Shown here piece by piece: positions 10,986 through 26,997 of a stretch of 64,000 bases of DNA (the first letter of the stretch is position 1; each line of letters starts with the position of its first letter). This DNA is from the human T2T-CHM13v2.0 reference genome, Homo sapiens: NCBI RefSeq assembly GCF_009914755.1, contig NC_060941.1; one strand, written 5' to 3'. A model generated the notes under the pieces. It was not told where the DNA came from, did not search any database, and saw only the letters and a list, made by a program, of their open reading frames with translations. Made by a program: the position numbers and the translations under genes.

Positions 10986-13900
10986 ATGATTCCATTCAAT
11001 TATATTCGATGATATTTCCATTTGATTTCATTCGACAATGATTGCCTTTGATTTCATTCAATGATTCCATTCAGTTCCATTCGAAGATGATTCCATTCGA
11101 TTCCATTTGATGATTCCATTGGATGATTCCATTTGATTACATTTGATGATTATTCCATTTGAGTGCATTCGATGATTCCATTCGAGTCCATTCAATGATT
11201 CCATTCGTGTACATTTGATGATTCCATTCGAGTCCATTCAATGATTCCATTCGTGTACATTTGATGATTCCATTCATTTCCATTCGATGATGATCCCATT
11301 AGAGTCCATTCAATGATTCCATTCGAGTGCATTTGATAATTGCATTCAAGTCCATTCAATGATTTCATTTGATTCCTTTTGATGATTCCATTCGAGTCCA
11401 TTTGATCATTCCATTCGAGTCCATTCAATGATTCCATTTGAAGGTGATCACATTTGATTCCATACGATGATGATTCCATTTGAGTTCATTCGATGATTTC
11501 ATTTGATTCAATTTGATGATGATTCCATTTGAGTCCATTCAATGATTCCATTCTATTCCATTTGATGATGATTCCTTTCAACTCCATTCAATGATTCTAT
11601 TCAAGTCAATTCAGTAATTGCTTTGGATTCCATTTGATGATGATTACATTTGATTCCATTCGATGATGATTAGATTTGATACATTTCTATGATTCCATTC
11701 AATTCCATGCGATGTTGATTCAAGTCAATTCCGTTTGATTATTCTATTCTTTTACATTTGATGATGATTATATTTGATTACATTCTATGTTTCCGGTTGA
11801 GTATATTTGATGATGTTTCCATTTGTTTCCATTCGATGATTCCATTAGATTCCTTTCAATGATGATTCCATTCGATTCCATTCAATGATGATTGCATTTG
11901 TGTCCATTCGATTATTCCGTTTGATTCCATTCGATGATGATTCCATTTGAGTCCATTCGATGATTCCATTCGATTCCATTTGATGATTATTCCATTCGAA
12001 TCCATTCAATGATTCCACTTGATTCCATTCAATGACTCCTTTTGATCCCATTCGATGATTCCCTTTGATTCCATTCGATGATCATTCCATTTGATTCAAT
12101 TCGGTGATTCCACTCGATTGTATTCAATGATGATTCCATTTGACTCCATTCGATGATGATTCCATTCAATTCCATTTGATTATGATTTCATTCAATTCCA
12201 TTTGATGATTCCATTCGAGTCCATTCGATGATTCCGTTAGATTCCATTTGATGATGATTCCATTCAATGCCATTAGATGATTCCATTTGATTCCATTCAA
12301 CAATGATTCCATTCTTGTCCATTCGATGATTTCATTCAATTCCATTTGAAGATGATTCCATTCGAGCCCATTCGGTGATTCCATTCAATTCCATTCTATG
12401 ATAATTCCCTTCTAAACCATTTGATGATTCCATTCGATTCCATTCGATGATGACTGCATTCGGTTCCATCTGATGATGACTGTAACAGATTTCATTCGAT
12501 TTCTCCATTTGATTCATTTCGTTGATGATTCCATTCTTTTCCATTTGATGATGATTCCATTATATTCCATTTGATGATGATTCCATTCGATTCCATTCAA
12601 TGATGATTCCATTGGATTCCATTCGATGATTCCATTCAATTCCATTCGATGGTGATTCCATTCGGGTCCATTCGATGATTCCATTAGATTCCATTTGGTG
12701 ATTCCATTCTATTCCATTCGATGGTGATTCCATTCGGGTCCATTCGATGATTCCATTTGTTTCCATTCGATGATGATTCCTTTCGAGTACATTCAATGAT
12801 TCCATTCAAGTCTATTCGAAGATTGCTTTCGATTCCATTTGAAGATTCCATTCGAGTCCATTCGATGATTCCATTGAAGTCCATTTGACATTTCCTTTTG
12901 ATTCCACTCAATGTTGATTCCATTTGAGTCCATTCGATTATTCCATTCGTGTGCATTCCATGATTTCATTCGACTCCATTCGATGATATTTCCATTCGAG
13001 TCCATTTGATGATTCCATTTGATTTCATTTGGTGATTATTCCATTCGATGATTCCATTCAAGTGCATTCAATGATTACATTCGAGTCCATTAGATGATTC
13101 CATTCCTTTCCATTCGATGATGACTCCATTCGAGTCTATTCAATGATGACTCCATTCGATTCCATTCAATGATACCATTGGCTTCCATTCTTTGTTTTAT
13201 TTCGATTCCTTTTGGTGATGATTCCATTCGATTTCATTTGATGATCCCATTCGATTCTATTTTATGATGATTCCATTCAATTCCATTTGATGAAAATTCC
13301 ATTCAATTCCATTCGTTGATGATTCCATTACATTATATTCGATGAGGATTCTATTCAATTCCATTCAATGATGATTCCATTCGATTCCATTTGATGATGA
13401 TTCCTTTCGAGACCATTCAATGATTCCATTCACTTCATTCGATGATGATTCCATTCAATTCCGTTAGATGATTCCATTAGAATCCATTTGATGATTATTC
13501 CATTCGATGCCATTCGATGATGATTCCATGCGATTCCGTTGGATGATGACTCCATTCATTTCCATTTGATGATTATTCCTTTTGACTCCATTTGATGTTG
13601 ATTCTTTCAATTCCATTTGATGATGTTTCCATTTGATTCCATTCGAAGATGATTCCATTCGATTTCATTAGATGATTCCATTCGATTCCATATGATGATT
13701 ATTCCATTTGAGTCCCATTCGATGATTCCATTCGATTACATTTGATGATGATTCCATTCGATTCGATTAGATGATTCCATTCGATGTCTTTCAATGATGT
13801 TTCCATTTGAATCCATTCGGTGATTCCTTTCCATTCCAATTGAAGATGATTCCATTCCATTCCATTCAATGATAACATTCAATACCATTCATTGATGGTT

Positions 13901-16900
13901 CCATTTGAATGCATTCGATTATACCATTCGATTCCATTTGATGATGATTCCATTCGAGTCCATTTGATGATTCCATTGGAATCCATTTGATGATGATTCC
14001 ATTCAATGATTCCATTCGATTCTATTCGTTGGTGATTCCATTCGATTTCATTCGATGCTGATTCCATTCAATTCCATTCGATGATTCAATTTGATTCCAT
14101 TCGATGATTCCATTTGATTCCATTCGATGATTCCTTTCGATTACATTCCGACAATGATTCCATTTGATTCTATTCGATGATGATTCCACTTGATTCCATT
14201 CGATGATGACAGCAATCAATTCCATTTGATTATTCCATTTGATTCCATTCGATGATGATTCCGATCAATTCCATTCGATGATTCCATTTGATTCCATTCG
14301 ATGATTCCATTTGATTCCATTCGATAATGATTCCATTCTGGTCCATTCGATGATTCCATTCGAGCCCATTCGATAATTCCATTTAAGTCCATTCGATGAT
14401 TCCATGCGTGTCCATTCGATCATTCCATTTGAGTCCATTTGATGATGACTCCATTCGAGTACATTCAATGATTCCATTCAATTCCATTCAATGATGATTC
14501 CATTTGAATCCATTCAATGATTCCATTCAAGTCCATTTGATGATTCCTTTCAATTCCATATGATGATGATTCCATCCGAGTCCATTCGATGGTTCCACTC
14601 TATTCCTTTCCATGATGATTCCATTCATGTCCATTCGATGATTCAATTTATGTCCATTCGATGATTCCATTTGTCTTAGTTCGATGATGATTCCATTCGA
14701 TTGTATTTGATGATTCCATTCTATTCCATTCGATGATGATTCCATTCGACTCCATTTGATGATTCCATTCGATTCAATTTAATGATTCCATTGGGTTCAA
14801 TTCGATGATGATTACATTGGATTCCATTCTATGATTCCATTCGATTCCATTCGTTCATGATTCCATTAGATTAAATTCGATGATGATTCCATTCGATTTC
14901 ATTCTATGATTCGAATCGATTCCATTCAATGATGATTCAATTCTATTCCATTCGATGATTCCATTTGATGATGATTCCATTCGATGATGGTTCCATTCAA
15001 TTTGATTCGATGATGATTCCATTCTATTCCATTCGGTGATGATTCTATTCGAGTCCATTCGAAGATTCCCTTCGATTACATTCCATTATGATTCAATTCG
15101 ATTCCATTCTATGATTCTGTTCGACTCCATTTGACGATGATTCCATTCGATTCTATTCAATGATTCCATTCAATTTCATTCAATGATGATTCTATTTGAC
15201 TACAATCGATGATTCCATTCAATTCCAGTCAATGATGATTCCATTCAATTCCATTCCATGTTTCCATTGGATTCCATTTGATGATGATTCCATTCCATTC
15301 CATTCAATGATTCCATTTGATTCCATTAGATGATGATTCCATTCTGGTCCATTCAATGATTCCATTCGATTCCATTTGATGATAATTCCATTCGAGTCCA
15401 TTGGATGATTCCATTCAATTCAATTCATTGATGATTCCATTCGATTCCATTTGATTATGATTCCATTCAATTCCATTCTATGATTCCATTCGATTCCATT
15501 CAATGATGATTCCATTCGATTCCATTTGATAATTCCATTTGATTCCATTCAATGATGATTCCATTCGATTCCATTCTATCATTCCATTCGATTCCATTCA
15601 ATGATGATTCCATTCGATTCCATTTGATGATCCCATTTGATACCATTTGATGATGATTCCATTCGAATCCATTCAATGATTCCATTCGATTCTATTTGAT
15701 GAAGATTCCATTAGAGTCCATTTGATGATTCCATTCAAGTCCATTCGATGATTCCTTTCAATTCCACTCGATGTTGATTTCATTCGAGTCCATTCGATGA
15801 TTCCATTCATGTGCATTCCATTATTCCATTCAATTCCATTCAATGATGACTCCATTCGAGTCCATTTGATGATTTCATTTGATTTCATTCGATGAGGATT
15901 CCATTTGATTCTGTTCGATGATTCCATTTGAGTCCTTTCAATGATGATTCCATTTAATTGCATTTGATGATGATTCCATTCCATTTCATTCAATGATTCT
16001 ATTTGATTCCATTTGATGAAGATTCAATTCTATTCCATCCAATGATTCCATTCGATTCCATTCAATGATGATTCCATTCGATTCCATTCGATGATGATTC
16101 CATTCGATTGCATTCGATGATGATTTGATTCGAGTCCATTCGAAGATTCCATTTGATTACATTCCATAACGATACCATTTGTGTCCATTCGATGATTTCT
16201 TTTGACTCCGTTCGAGGATGATTCCATTCAATGCTATTCGATGTTTCCCATCTATTCCATTCGATGATGATTCCATTCGTCTCCATTCGATGATTCCATT
16301 CGAGTCATTCTTTCGATGATGATTCCATTCAATGCCATTTGCTGATTCCATTCGATTCCATTCAATGATGATTGCATTCTTGTCCATTCAATTATTCCAT
16401 TCGATTCCATTCGATGATGATTCCATTCTAGTCCATTCGATGACTCCATTCGATTCCATTCGAAGTTGATTCCATTCGAGTCCCTTTGATGATTGCTTTT
16501 GATTCCATTCTCTGATGATTTCTTTTGAGCCTATTCAATGCTTCCACTCGATTCCATACGATGATGACTCCATTCGATTAAATTTGATGATGATTCCATT
16601 TGATTGAATTCGATGATGATTCCACAGGAGTCCATTCGAAGATTCCATTGGATTACATTCCATGACGATTCCGTTCGAGTCCATTCGATGATTCCATTCG
16701 ACTCCATTCGACGATGATTCCATTCGATGCTATTCGATGATTCCATTCGATTTCATTTGATGATGATTCCATTCAACTCCATTCGATGATTCCATTCGAG
16801 TTCATTCGATTATTCCATTAGATTCCATTCAATGATGATTCCATTCAATACCATTCGATGATTCCATTCGATTCCATTTGATCATGATTCCATTCGAGTC

Positions 16901-19039
16901 CATTCGATGATGACTGCATTCAATTCCATTCGATGATTCCATCTGATTCCATTCGATGAAGATTCTGATCAATTCCATTCGATGATTCCTTTTGATTCCA
17001 TTCTATGATTCCATTTAATTCCATTCGATAATGATTCCACTCGAGTCCATTCGATGATTCCATTCGAGCCCATTCCATAATTCCATTTGAGTCCAATCCT
17101 TGATTCCATTCGAGTCCATTCAGTGATTCCTTTCTATTCCATTCGATGATGATTCCATTCCATTCCATTCCATTCGTGGATTCCATTTGACTCCGTTCGA
17201 TGATGATTTCATTCGAGTCCATTCAATGATTCCATTTGAATCCATTTGATGATGATTCCATTCGAGTCCATTCGATGATTCTATTAGAATCCATTTGATG
17301 ATTGCTTTAGATTATATTCGTTGATGAATCCATTCGAGTCCATTCAATGAATCCATTCGATTCCATTCAATGATGATTTCATTCGAGTCCATTTGATGAT
17401 TCCATTTGATTCCATTCTCCGATGATTACATTCAGGTCCATTCGATGATTCCACTCAATTCCATACAATGATGATTCCATTCGATTCCATTCGATGATTC
17501 CATTCTATTCCATTCAATGATGATTCCATTCGAGTACATTAGATGATCCCATTCGATTCCATTCGATGATTATTCTATTCATGCGCATTAGATGATTCCA
17601 CACAATTCCATTCGATGGTGATACTATTTGATTCCAATAATGATTCCCTTCAAATCCGTTCGATGATGATTCCATTTAATTCAATTCATTGGTGATTCCA
17701 TTCAATTCCATTATTTGATTCCATTCCATTTGAGAATGATTCCATTCTATTTCTTTCGATGATTCCACTAGATTCCACTTGAGAATGATTCCATTCGATT
17801 CCATTCAATGATTCCATTTGATTCCAGTCAATGATGATTGCCTTCGATTCCATTTGATCATTCCATTCGATTCCATTCGATGATGATTCCATTTGATTCC
17901 ATTCGATGATTATTCCATTTGATTCTATTCGATGAATCCATTCAATTCCATTCCATGATGATTCCTTTTGTGTTCATTGATTATTCCATTCCATTCCATT
18001 TGATGATTCCATTCGAGTCCATTCAATGATTCTATTCGATTCCATTCAATAATTCCTTTTGATTCCATTTGATGATGATTCCATTCGAGTCCATTCGATG
18101 ATTATTCCATTCGATTCTATTCGGTGAATACTTTCAATTCCATTTGATAATAATTCCATTTGAGACCATTCGATGATTCCATTCAATTCATTCAATGATG
18201 ATTCCATTCAATTCAATTCGATAATTCCACTAGATTCCATTTGATGATGATTCCATTCGATTTAATTCGATGATGATTCCATGCAATTCCATTCGATAAT
18301 GACCCCTTTTGTTTCCATTCGTTGACGTTTCCTTTCGGTTCCATTCGATGATGATTCCTTTGGATTCCATTCGATAATGAATCCATTCCACTAGATTTGA
18401 TGTTAATTCATTTCAATTCCATTCGATGATGATTCCATTTGATTCCATTTGATGATGATTCCATTTTGTTCCATTCGATGATGATTCCATTTGATTACAT
18501 TCGATGATGATTCCATTCAATTCCAATTGATGATTCCATTCGATTCCATACGATGATGATTCCATTCTAGTCCATTCAGTGATGATTCTATTGGATTCCA
18601 TTCGATGATTCCATTCGATTCCTTTCGATGGTTATTCCATTCGAGTCCATTCGGTGATTCCTTTTGATGCCAATTGAAGATTATTCCATTCAATTCCATT
18701 TGATGGTACCATTCGATACCATTCATCGATGATTCCATTAGAGTGCATTCGATGATACCATTCGGTTCCATTTGATGATAATTCCATTCGATTCCATTCA
18801 ATGATTCCATTCAATTCCATTCTATGATGATTCCATTCGAGTCCATTTGATGATTCCGTTGGACTCCATTTGATGATGATTCCATTCTATGATACCATTC
18901 GATTCTATTCTATGATGATTCCATTCGATTTCGTTCGATGCTGATTCCATTCAATTCCATTTGATGATTCCATTTGATTCCATTCGATGATTCCATTTGA
19001 CTGAATTCGACGATGATTCCATTCACTTCCATTCAATGA

Positions 19040-19175
19040 TTCCATTCGATTCTATTCAAAGATGATTCCACTCGATTCCATTTGATGATGACTGCATTCG
19101 ATTCCATTCGATTCTATTCGAAGATGATTCCACTCGATTCCATTTGATGATGACTGCATTCGATTCCATTTGATG
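19040..19175 (+). repeat. 62-bp tandem duplication in HSat2
   Basis: 'gatgattccactcgattccatttgatgatgactgcattcg' at 19061 and 19123. Confidence 0.9.
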
Positions 19176-20130
19176 ATTCCATTTGATTCTGTTCGATGAT
19201 GATTCCGATCAATTGCATTCGATGAGTCCATTCGATTCCATTTGATGATTCCATTTGATTCCATTCAATAATGATTCCATTCGGGTAAACTCGATGATTC
19301 CATTTGAGGATATTCGTTAAGTCCATTTGAGTCCATTCTATACTGATTCCATTCGAGTCCATTCAATAATTCCATTGGAGTCCATTCGATGATTGCTTTT
19401 AATTCCATTCGATGATATTCCATTTGAGTCCATTCAATAATTCCATTCAATGCTATTAGATGATGATTCCATTAGTGTCCATTTGGTGATTCCATTCGAT
19501 TTCATTCGATGATGATTCCATTCGAGTCCATTCAATGATTCCATTCAAGTCCATTTGATGATCCCTTTCAATTCCATTCGATGATGATGCCATTCGAGTC
19601 CATTCAATGACTCCATTCAAGTCCATTTGATGATTCCTTTCAATTCCATTCGATGATGATTACATTCTATACCATTCGATTATTCCATTCAATTCCATTC
19701 GATGATGATTCCATTCGAGTCCATTCGATGATTCCATTCGAGTCCATTTAATGAATTCATTGGGTTCAATTCGATGATGATTACATTGGATTCCATTCTA
19801 TGATTCTATTCGATTCTGTTCATTGATGATTTGATTCCATTCGATGATGATTACATTCAATTTCATTGGATGATTCTATTCGATTCCATTCGATGGTGAT
19901 TCAATACTCTTATATTGGATGATTCCATTCAATTCCATTCGATGATGATTCCTTTCGATTCCATTCGATGATGATTCCATTCTCTTCCATTGGATGATTC
20001 CATTTTATTCCATTCGATGATGACTCCATTTGATTCCATTCAATGATGATTCCATTGGATTCCATTTGATGATTCCATTCGATTCCATTCGATGGTGAGC
20101 AATTCAATTCAATTCCATGATTATTCTATT

Positions 20131-20141
20131 TGATTCAATTA
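20131..20141 (-). promoter_or_regulatory. Exact DUX4 consensus motif (TAATTGAATCA on -)
   Basis: TGATTCAATTA on + matches TAAYYBAATCA on -. Motif only; binding not shown. Confidence 0.45.
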
Positions 20142-22234
20142 CATGATGTTTCCCTTCGATTCCATTCGATGATGATTCCATTGGAATCCATTCGATGATG
20201 ATTCCGTTCAAATCCATTCAATGATGATTCCATACGAGTCCGTTTGATGATGATTCCATTCGATTTCATTCGATGTTTCTATTCGATTCCATTCGATGAC
20301 GATTCCGTCTGATTCCATTCTATGATTCCATTCGATTCCATTGAATGCTTCTATTGGATTTCATTCGATGATGATTCCATTCGATTCCATTCGATAATTC
20401 CATTTGATTCCATTTGATGATGATTCCATTCGAGTCCATTTGATGATTCCATTCGAGTCCCTTCGTTGATTCCACCCGATTCCATTTGATGATGATTCCA
20501 TTCGAGTCCATTCGAAGATTCCATTTGATTCCATTCTATGATTCCATTCGAGTCCATTCGATTAATCCATTCGAGTCTATTTGATGATTCCATTCATTTC
20601 CATTCAGTGATGATTCCATTCGATTCCATCTGATGATGATTTCACTTGATTCCATTCGATGATGATTCCATTCGAGTCCATTCAATGATTCAATTCGATT
20701 CCATTCGATGCTGATTCCATTCGAATCCATTTGATTATTCCATTGAAATCCCTTCTTTGATTCCATCCAATTCCATTTGATGATGATTCCATTCGAGTCC
20801 AATCTATGATTCCATTCGGTTCCATTCAATGATTCCATTGAGTCCATTTGATTATTCCATTCGTGTCCATTTGATGATTCCATTAGATTCCATTTGATGA
20901 TTATTCCATTTGATTCCATTTGATGATTCCGTTCAATTCCTTTCCATGATTCCCTATGATTCCTTTCTGTGATGATTCCATTCGATTCCATTCGTTGATG
21001 ATTCCATTCGATTCCATTCGATGATGATTCCTTTTGATTCTCTTTGTTGATGATTCCATTTGATTCCATTTGATGATGATTCCATTCGACTCCATTTGAA
21101 GATAATTCCATCCGATTTCATTCGATGGTTCCATTCGATTCCATTAGATGATTAATCCATTTGATTCCATTCGATGATTCCATTCGATTCCATTTGATGA
21201 TGAACCATTCGATTCAATTCCATGATGATTCCATTTGATTCTATTCGATGATGTTTCCATTTGATTCCATTCGATGATGATTCCACTCAATTCCATATGA
21301 TGATGTTTCCATTCGAGTCCATTCAATGATGATTCCATTCGATTCCGTTCGATTATGATTCCATTTGATTTCATTCAATGCTTCTATTTGATTCCATTCG
21401 ATGATGATTCCATCTCATTCCGTTCGATGATTCCATTCGATTCCATTCAGTGATGATTCCATTTGATTCCATCTGATGATGATTTCATTTGATTCCTTTT
21501 GATGATGATTCCATTTGAGTTCATTCGATGATTCCATTGGAGTCCAATCGATCATTCCATTCGATTCCATTCGATGATGATTCCATTGAAGTCCATTCGA
21601 CGATTACATTCGATTTCATTTGACGATGATTCCACTCGAGTCCATTTGATTATTCCATTCAATGTCATTTGATGATGACTCCATTCAAGTCAATTCGATG
21701 ATTCCATTCGGTTCCATTCGATGATGACTCCATTTGAGCACATTCGATGATTCCATTCGATTCCATTCAATGATGATTCCATTAGAATCCATTCGATGAT
21801 TCCATTCGAGTCCATTGGATGATTCCATTCGAGTCCATTTGATGATTCCATTCTTTTCCATTCGATGATGATTCCATTAGGGTCCATTCGATGATTCCAT
21901 TCGACTATATTTGATAATTCCTTTCGAGTCCATTTGATGATTCCATTTGAGTCCATTCAATGAGTCCATTCAAGTCCATTTGATGATTCCATTCTTTTCC
22001 ATTCGATGATGATTGCATTAGAGTCCATTTGATGATTCCATTTGAGTCCATTCGATAATTCCTTTCAAGTCCTTTTGATCACTCCATTCGAGTCCATTCG
22101 ATGATTCTATTTGATTCCATTCTATGATGATTCCATTCGAGTCCATTCTATGATTGCATTCGAGTCCATTCAATGATTCCATTCAATTCCATTCAACAAT
22201 GATTCCATTCGTGTCCATTTGATGATTCCATTCA

Positions 22235-22615
22235 TTTCCATTCGATGATGGTTCCATTCGAGTGTATTCAATGATTCCATTCAAATCCATTCGATGATGA
22301 TTCCATTCGAGTCCATTCGATCATTTCACTTGATGATTCCATTGAAGTCCATTTGATCATTCCACTTGAATCCATTCGATGACTATTTCATTCGAATCCA
22401 TTCGATGATTCCATTCGATTCCATTCGATGATGGTTTCATTCCAGTGTATTCAATGATTCCATTCAAATCCATTCGATGATGATTCCATTCGAGTCCATT
22501 CGATCATTTCACTTGATGATTCCATTCGAGTCCATTTGATCATTCCATTTGAATCCATTCGATGACTATTCCATTCGAATCCATTCAATGATTCCGTTCA
22601 ATTCCATTCGATGAT
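22235..22615 (+). repeat. 183-bp tandem duplication in HSat2
   Basis: 'agtgtattcaatgattccattcaaatcc...gatcatttcacttgatg' starting at 22261 and 22444. Confidence 0.9.
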
Positions 22616-24059
22616 ACCATTCGAGTACATTCGATGATTCCACTCAATTCCATCTGATGATTATTCCATTGGAGTCCACTTAGTGAATCCTTTAGATTCC
22701 ACTCGAAGATGACTCCATTCTATTCCATTCAATGACACAATTCAATTCCATTCGTTGATGATTCTTTTCGAATGCATTCGATGATATCATTCGATTCCAT
22801 TTGATGATGATTGCATTTGATTCCATTCAATGATTGTATTCGATTCCATTCAATGATGATTCCATTCGAGGCAATTCGATGATTCCATTGGACTCCATTT
22901 GATGATGATTCCATTCAATGATTCCATTCGATTCTATTCAATAATGATTCCATTCGTTGATGATTCCATTGGATTCCATTCGATGATTCCATTCGATTCC
23001 ATTCGACGATGATTGCATTTGATTCCATTCGATGATTTTATTTGATTCCATTCGATGATTCCGATCAATTCCATTTGTTGATTCCATTCAATTCCATTCG
23101 ATAATGATTACATTAGAGTCCATTCGATGATTCCATTTGAGCCAATTCAATAATTCCATTTGAGTCCTATCAATGATTCCATTCATTTGCATTCAATGAT
23201 TCCATTAGAGTCCATTCAATCATTCCATTAGATTCCATTCCATGATGGTTCCATTGGAGTGCATTCGATGATTCCATTAGATTCCATTTGATAATTCCAT
23301 TCGAATCCATTTGATGATTGCTTTCAATTCCATTTGACGACGATTCCATTCGAGTCAATTTGATGACTCCATTCGATTTCATTCAATGATGATTCCATTC
23401 GTGTGCATTCAGTGATTCCAATAAATTTCATTCGATGATGATTCCTTTTGAATCCATTCGATGATTCCATTCAATTCCATTTGAGGATGTTTCGATTCGA
23501 GTTCATTTACAGATTCCCTTTGATTTCATTCGATGATGATTCCATTCGAGTCTTTTCAGTGATCCCATTTGTTTACATTCGATGATGATTACATTCGAGT
23601 CCATTTGATGATTACATTTGATTCCATTCGATGACGATTCCATTCGAGTCCATTAGATGATTCCATTTGATTACATTCGATGATAATTCCATTCGAGCCA
23701 TTCGATGATTCTATTCGAATCCATTTGATGATTGCTTTCGATTATATTCGATTATGATTCCATTTGATTCCATTCAATGATTCAATTTGATTCCATTCGA
23801 TGATGATTCCATTCCATTCCATTCGATGATGATTCCATTCGAGCCCATTCAATGATTCCATTCAATTCCATTCACTGATGATTGCATTCGAGTCTATTCG
23901 ATGATTCCATTCGATTCCTTTCGAAGATGATTCCATTTGACATCATCCAATGATTCCATTCGTTTTCATTCTATTATGATTCCATTCGATTCCATTAGAT
24001 GGTTGATTCCATTCGATCATGATTCCATTCGAGTCCGTTCAATGATTCCATTCGAATCC

Positions 24060-24360
24060 ATTCGATGATGATTCCATTCGGGGCCATTCGAAGATTCCAT
24101 TCAATTCCATTTGATGATTCCATTCGAGTACATTTGATGATTTCATTCGAGTCCATTTGAGGATGATTGCTTTTGATTCCATTCCATGATTATTCCATTC
24201 AATTCCATTCGATGATGATTCTATTCAGGGCCATTCGAAGATTCCATTCAATTCCATTCGATGATTCCTTTTGAGTACATTTGATGATTTCATTCGAGTC
24301 CATTCGAGGATGATTGCTTTTGATTCCATTCCATGATTATTCCACTCGATTCCATTCGAT
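24060..24360 (+). repeat. 147-bp tandem duplication in HSat2
   Basis: 'gggccattcgaagattcc...gaggatgattgcttttg' starting at 24081 and 24228. Confidence 0.9.
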
Positions 24361-26997
24361 TCCATTCGATGATTCCATTCGATTCCATTCAATGATGATT
24401 TCATTCAAGTCCATTCAATGATTCCATTTGATTCCATTCTCCGATGGTTACATTCGAGTCCTTTCAATGATTCTACTCGATTCCATATGATGATGATTCC
24501 GTTCGATTCCATTCATTGTTGATTCCATTCAATTCAATTCACTGATTCCATTCAATTCCATTCGACAATGATTCCATTCGATTCCATTCGAAGATTCCAC
24601 TCGATTCCACTTGATGTGATTCCCTTCATTTCCATTCAATGATTCCACTTGATTCCATTATATGATGATTGCCTTCGATTCCATTTGATGATTCCATTCG
24701 AGTCCATTTGATGGTTTCATTAGATTCCATTCGAAGATGATTCCATTCAATGTCATTTGGTGATTTTTTTCAAATCCATTCAACAATGATTCCATTCGTG
24801 TATATTCGATGATTCTATTTGATTCCATTTGATGGTCATTCCATTCGAGTCCATTCGATGATTCCATTCAATTACATTCGACGATGATTCCATTCTAATC
24901 CATTTGATGATTCCATTCGATTCCATTCGATGATGACTGCATTCGGTTCCATTTGATGATGATTCCAAAGGAATCCATTCTATTTCTTCATTTGATTCCA
25001 TTCGTTGAAGATTCCATTTGTTTCCATTAGATGATGATTCTATTAGATTCCTTTCGATGATGATTCCATTCGATTCCATTCAATTACGATTCCATTTAAT
25101 TCCGTTCAATGATGATTCCACTCGATTCCATTCGATGATTCCATTTGATTCCCTTCGATTGTGATGCCATTTGAGTGCATTCAATGATTCCATTCAATTC
25201 CACTCAATGATACTTTATATTCGAGTCCATTCGATGATTGCATTCGACTCCATTTGATGATTCCATTCGATACCATGCGATGATGATTCCATTGAGTCCA
25301 TTCGATGATTCCATTTGATTTCATTTGATGATGACTGCATTCGGTTCCATTCGATGATGATTCCAACGGACTCCATTCGATGATTCCATTTGATTCCATT
25401 CATTGATGATTCCATTCGATTCCATTCGATGATTTTTCCATTCGATTCCATTCATTGATGATTCCATTCGATTCCATTCGATGATTCCTTTTGATTCCAT
25501 TTGATAATGATTCCATTTGGGCCCATTCGATGATTCCATTTGATTCCATTCAATCATGATTCCATTGGATGATTCCTTTCAATTCCATTCGATGTTTCCT
25601 ATCGATTCCATTTGATATTGATTCCATTGGAGTCCATTCGATGATTCCATTTGAGTGCATTCCATGATTTCATTCGATTCCATTCAGTGATGATTCCATT
25701 GGAGTGCATTTGATTATTCCATTTTATTTCATTTGATGATGATTCCATTCGATTCCATTTGGTGATCCCATTGTAGTCCAATGATTCCTTTTGAGTCCAT
25801 TAAATGATTCCATTCGATTCCATTCGATAATGACCCCATTTGAATCCATTCAATGATGATTCCATTTGATTCCATTTGATGATTCCATTGGATTCCATTC
25901 TTTGTTTTATTTCCATTCTTTTTGATGATGATTCCTTTCTCTTTCATGCGATGATCCCATCCGATTCCAATCCATGATTCCATTCAATCCCATTTGATGA
26001 AAATTCCATTCGATTCCATTCGATGATTATTGCATTTGATTATATTTGATGCTGATTCTATTTGATTCCTTTCGATAATGATTCCATTCGATTCCATTCG
26101 ATGATTCCATTCGATTCCATTTGATGGTGATTCCATTTGAAACTTTTCGATGATTCCATTCAATTATATTCAATAATGATTCCATTCGAGTCCATTCGAT
26201 GACTCCATTCAAGTCCATTTCATGATTCCATCTCATTCCATTCGATGATGATTCCATTAAGGTCCATTCGATGATTCCATTTGATTCCATTCGGTGATGA
26301 TTTCATTCGATTCCATTCAATGATTCCATTCGATTCCATTCGATGATGATTCCAATCAATTCCAATCGATGATTCCCTTCGAATCCACTTGATGATGAGT
26401 CTATACATTTCAATTCCGTGATGATTCCATTCGATTCAATTCGATGGTGTTTCCATTCGTTTCCAGTTGATGTTGATTCCAGTTGATTCCATTGGATGAT
26501 GATTTCATTCAAGTCCATTCGATGATGGTTCCACTCGAGTCCATTCGATGATGATTCCATTCGATTTCATTCGACGATTCTATTCGATTCCATTCAATGA
26601 TGATTCCTTCTGATTCCATTCGATGAATCATTTGATTCCATTCGATGATGATTCCATTTGTTTAAATCCGATGATGATTCCATTCGATTACATTTGATGA
26701 TTATTCCATTCGAGTAATTTCTATGATTCCATTCGATACCATTCGATGATGATTCCATTTGAGTCCATTCGATGATTCCATTTGAGTCCATTTGATGATG
26801 ATTCCATTCGAGTCCATTCAATGATTCCATTCGATTCCATTCGATGAAGATTCCATACGAGTCCATTCGATGATTCCATTTGATTCCATTTGATGAAGAC
26901 TCCATATGAATCCATTTGATGTTTCCATTTGATTCCATTTGATGATGATTCCATTCGAGCCCATTCGATGATTCAATTCGATTCCATTCGATGATTA

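Larger units (their letters stand above)
11830..24060 (+). repeat. Copy 1 of a long internal duplication (paralogue at ~53960-64000)
   Basis: Colinear series of rare landmark variants at offsets of 42.15-42.93 kb, then 39.9-40.0 kb; see findings. Confidence 0.9.
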
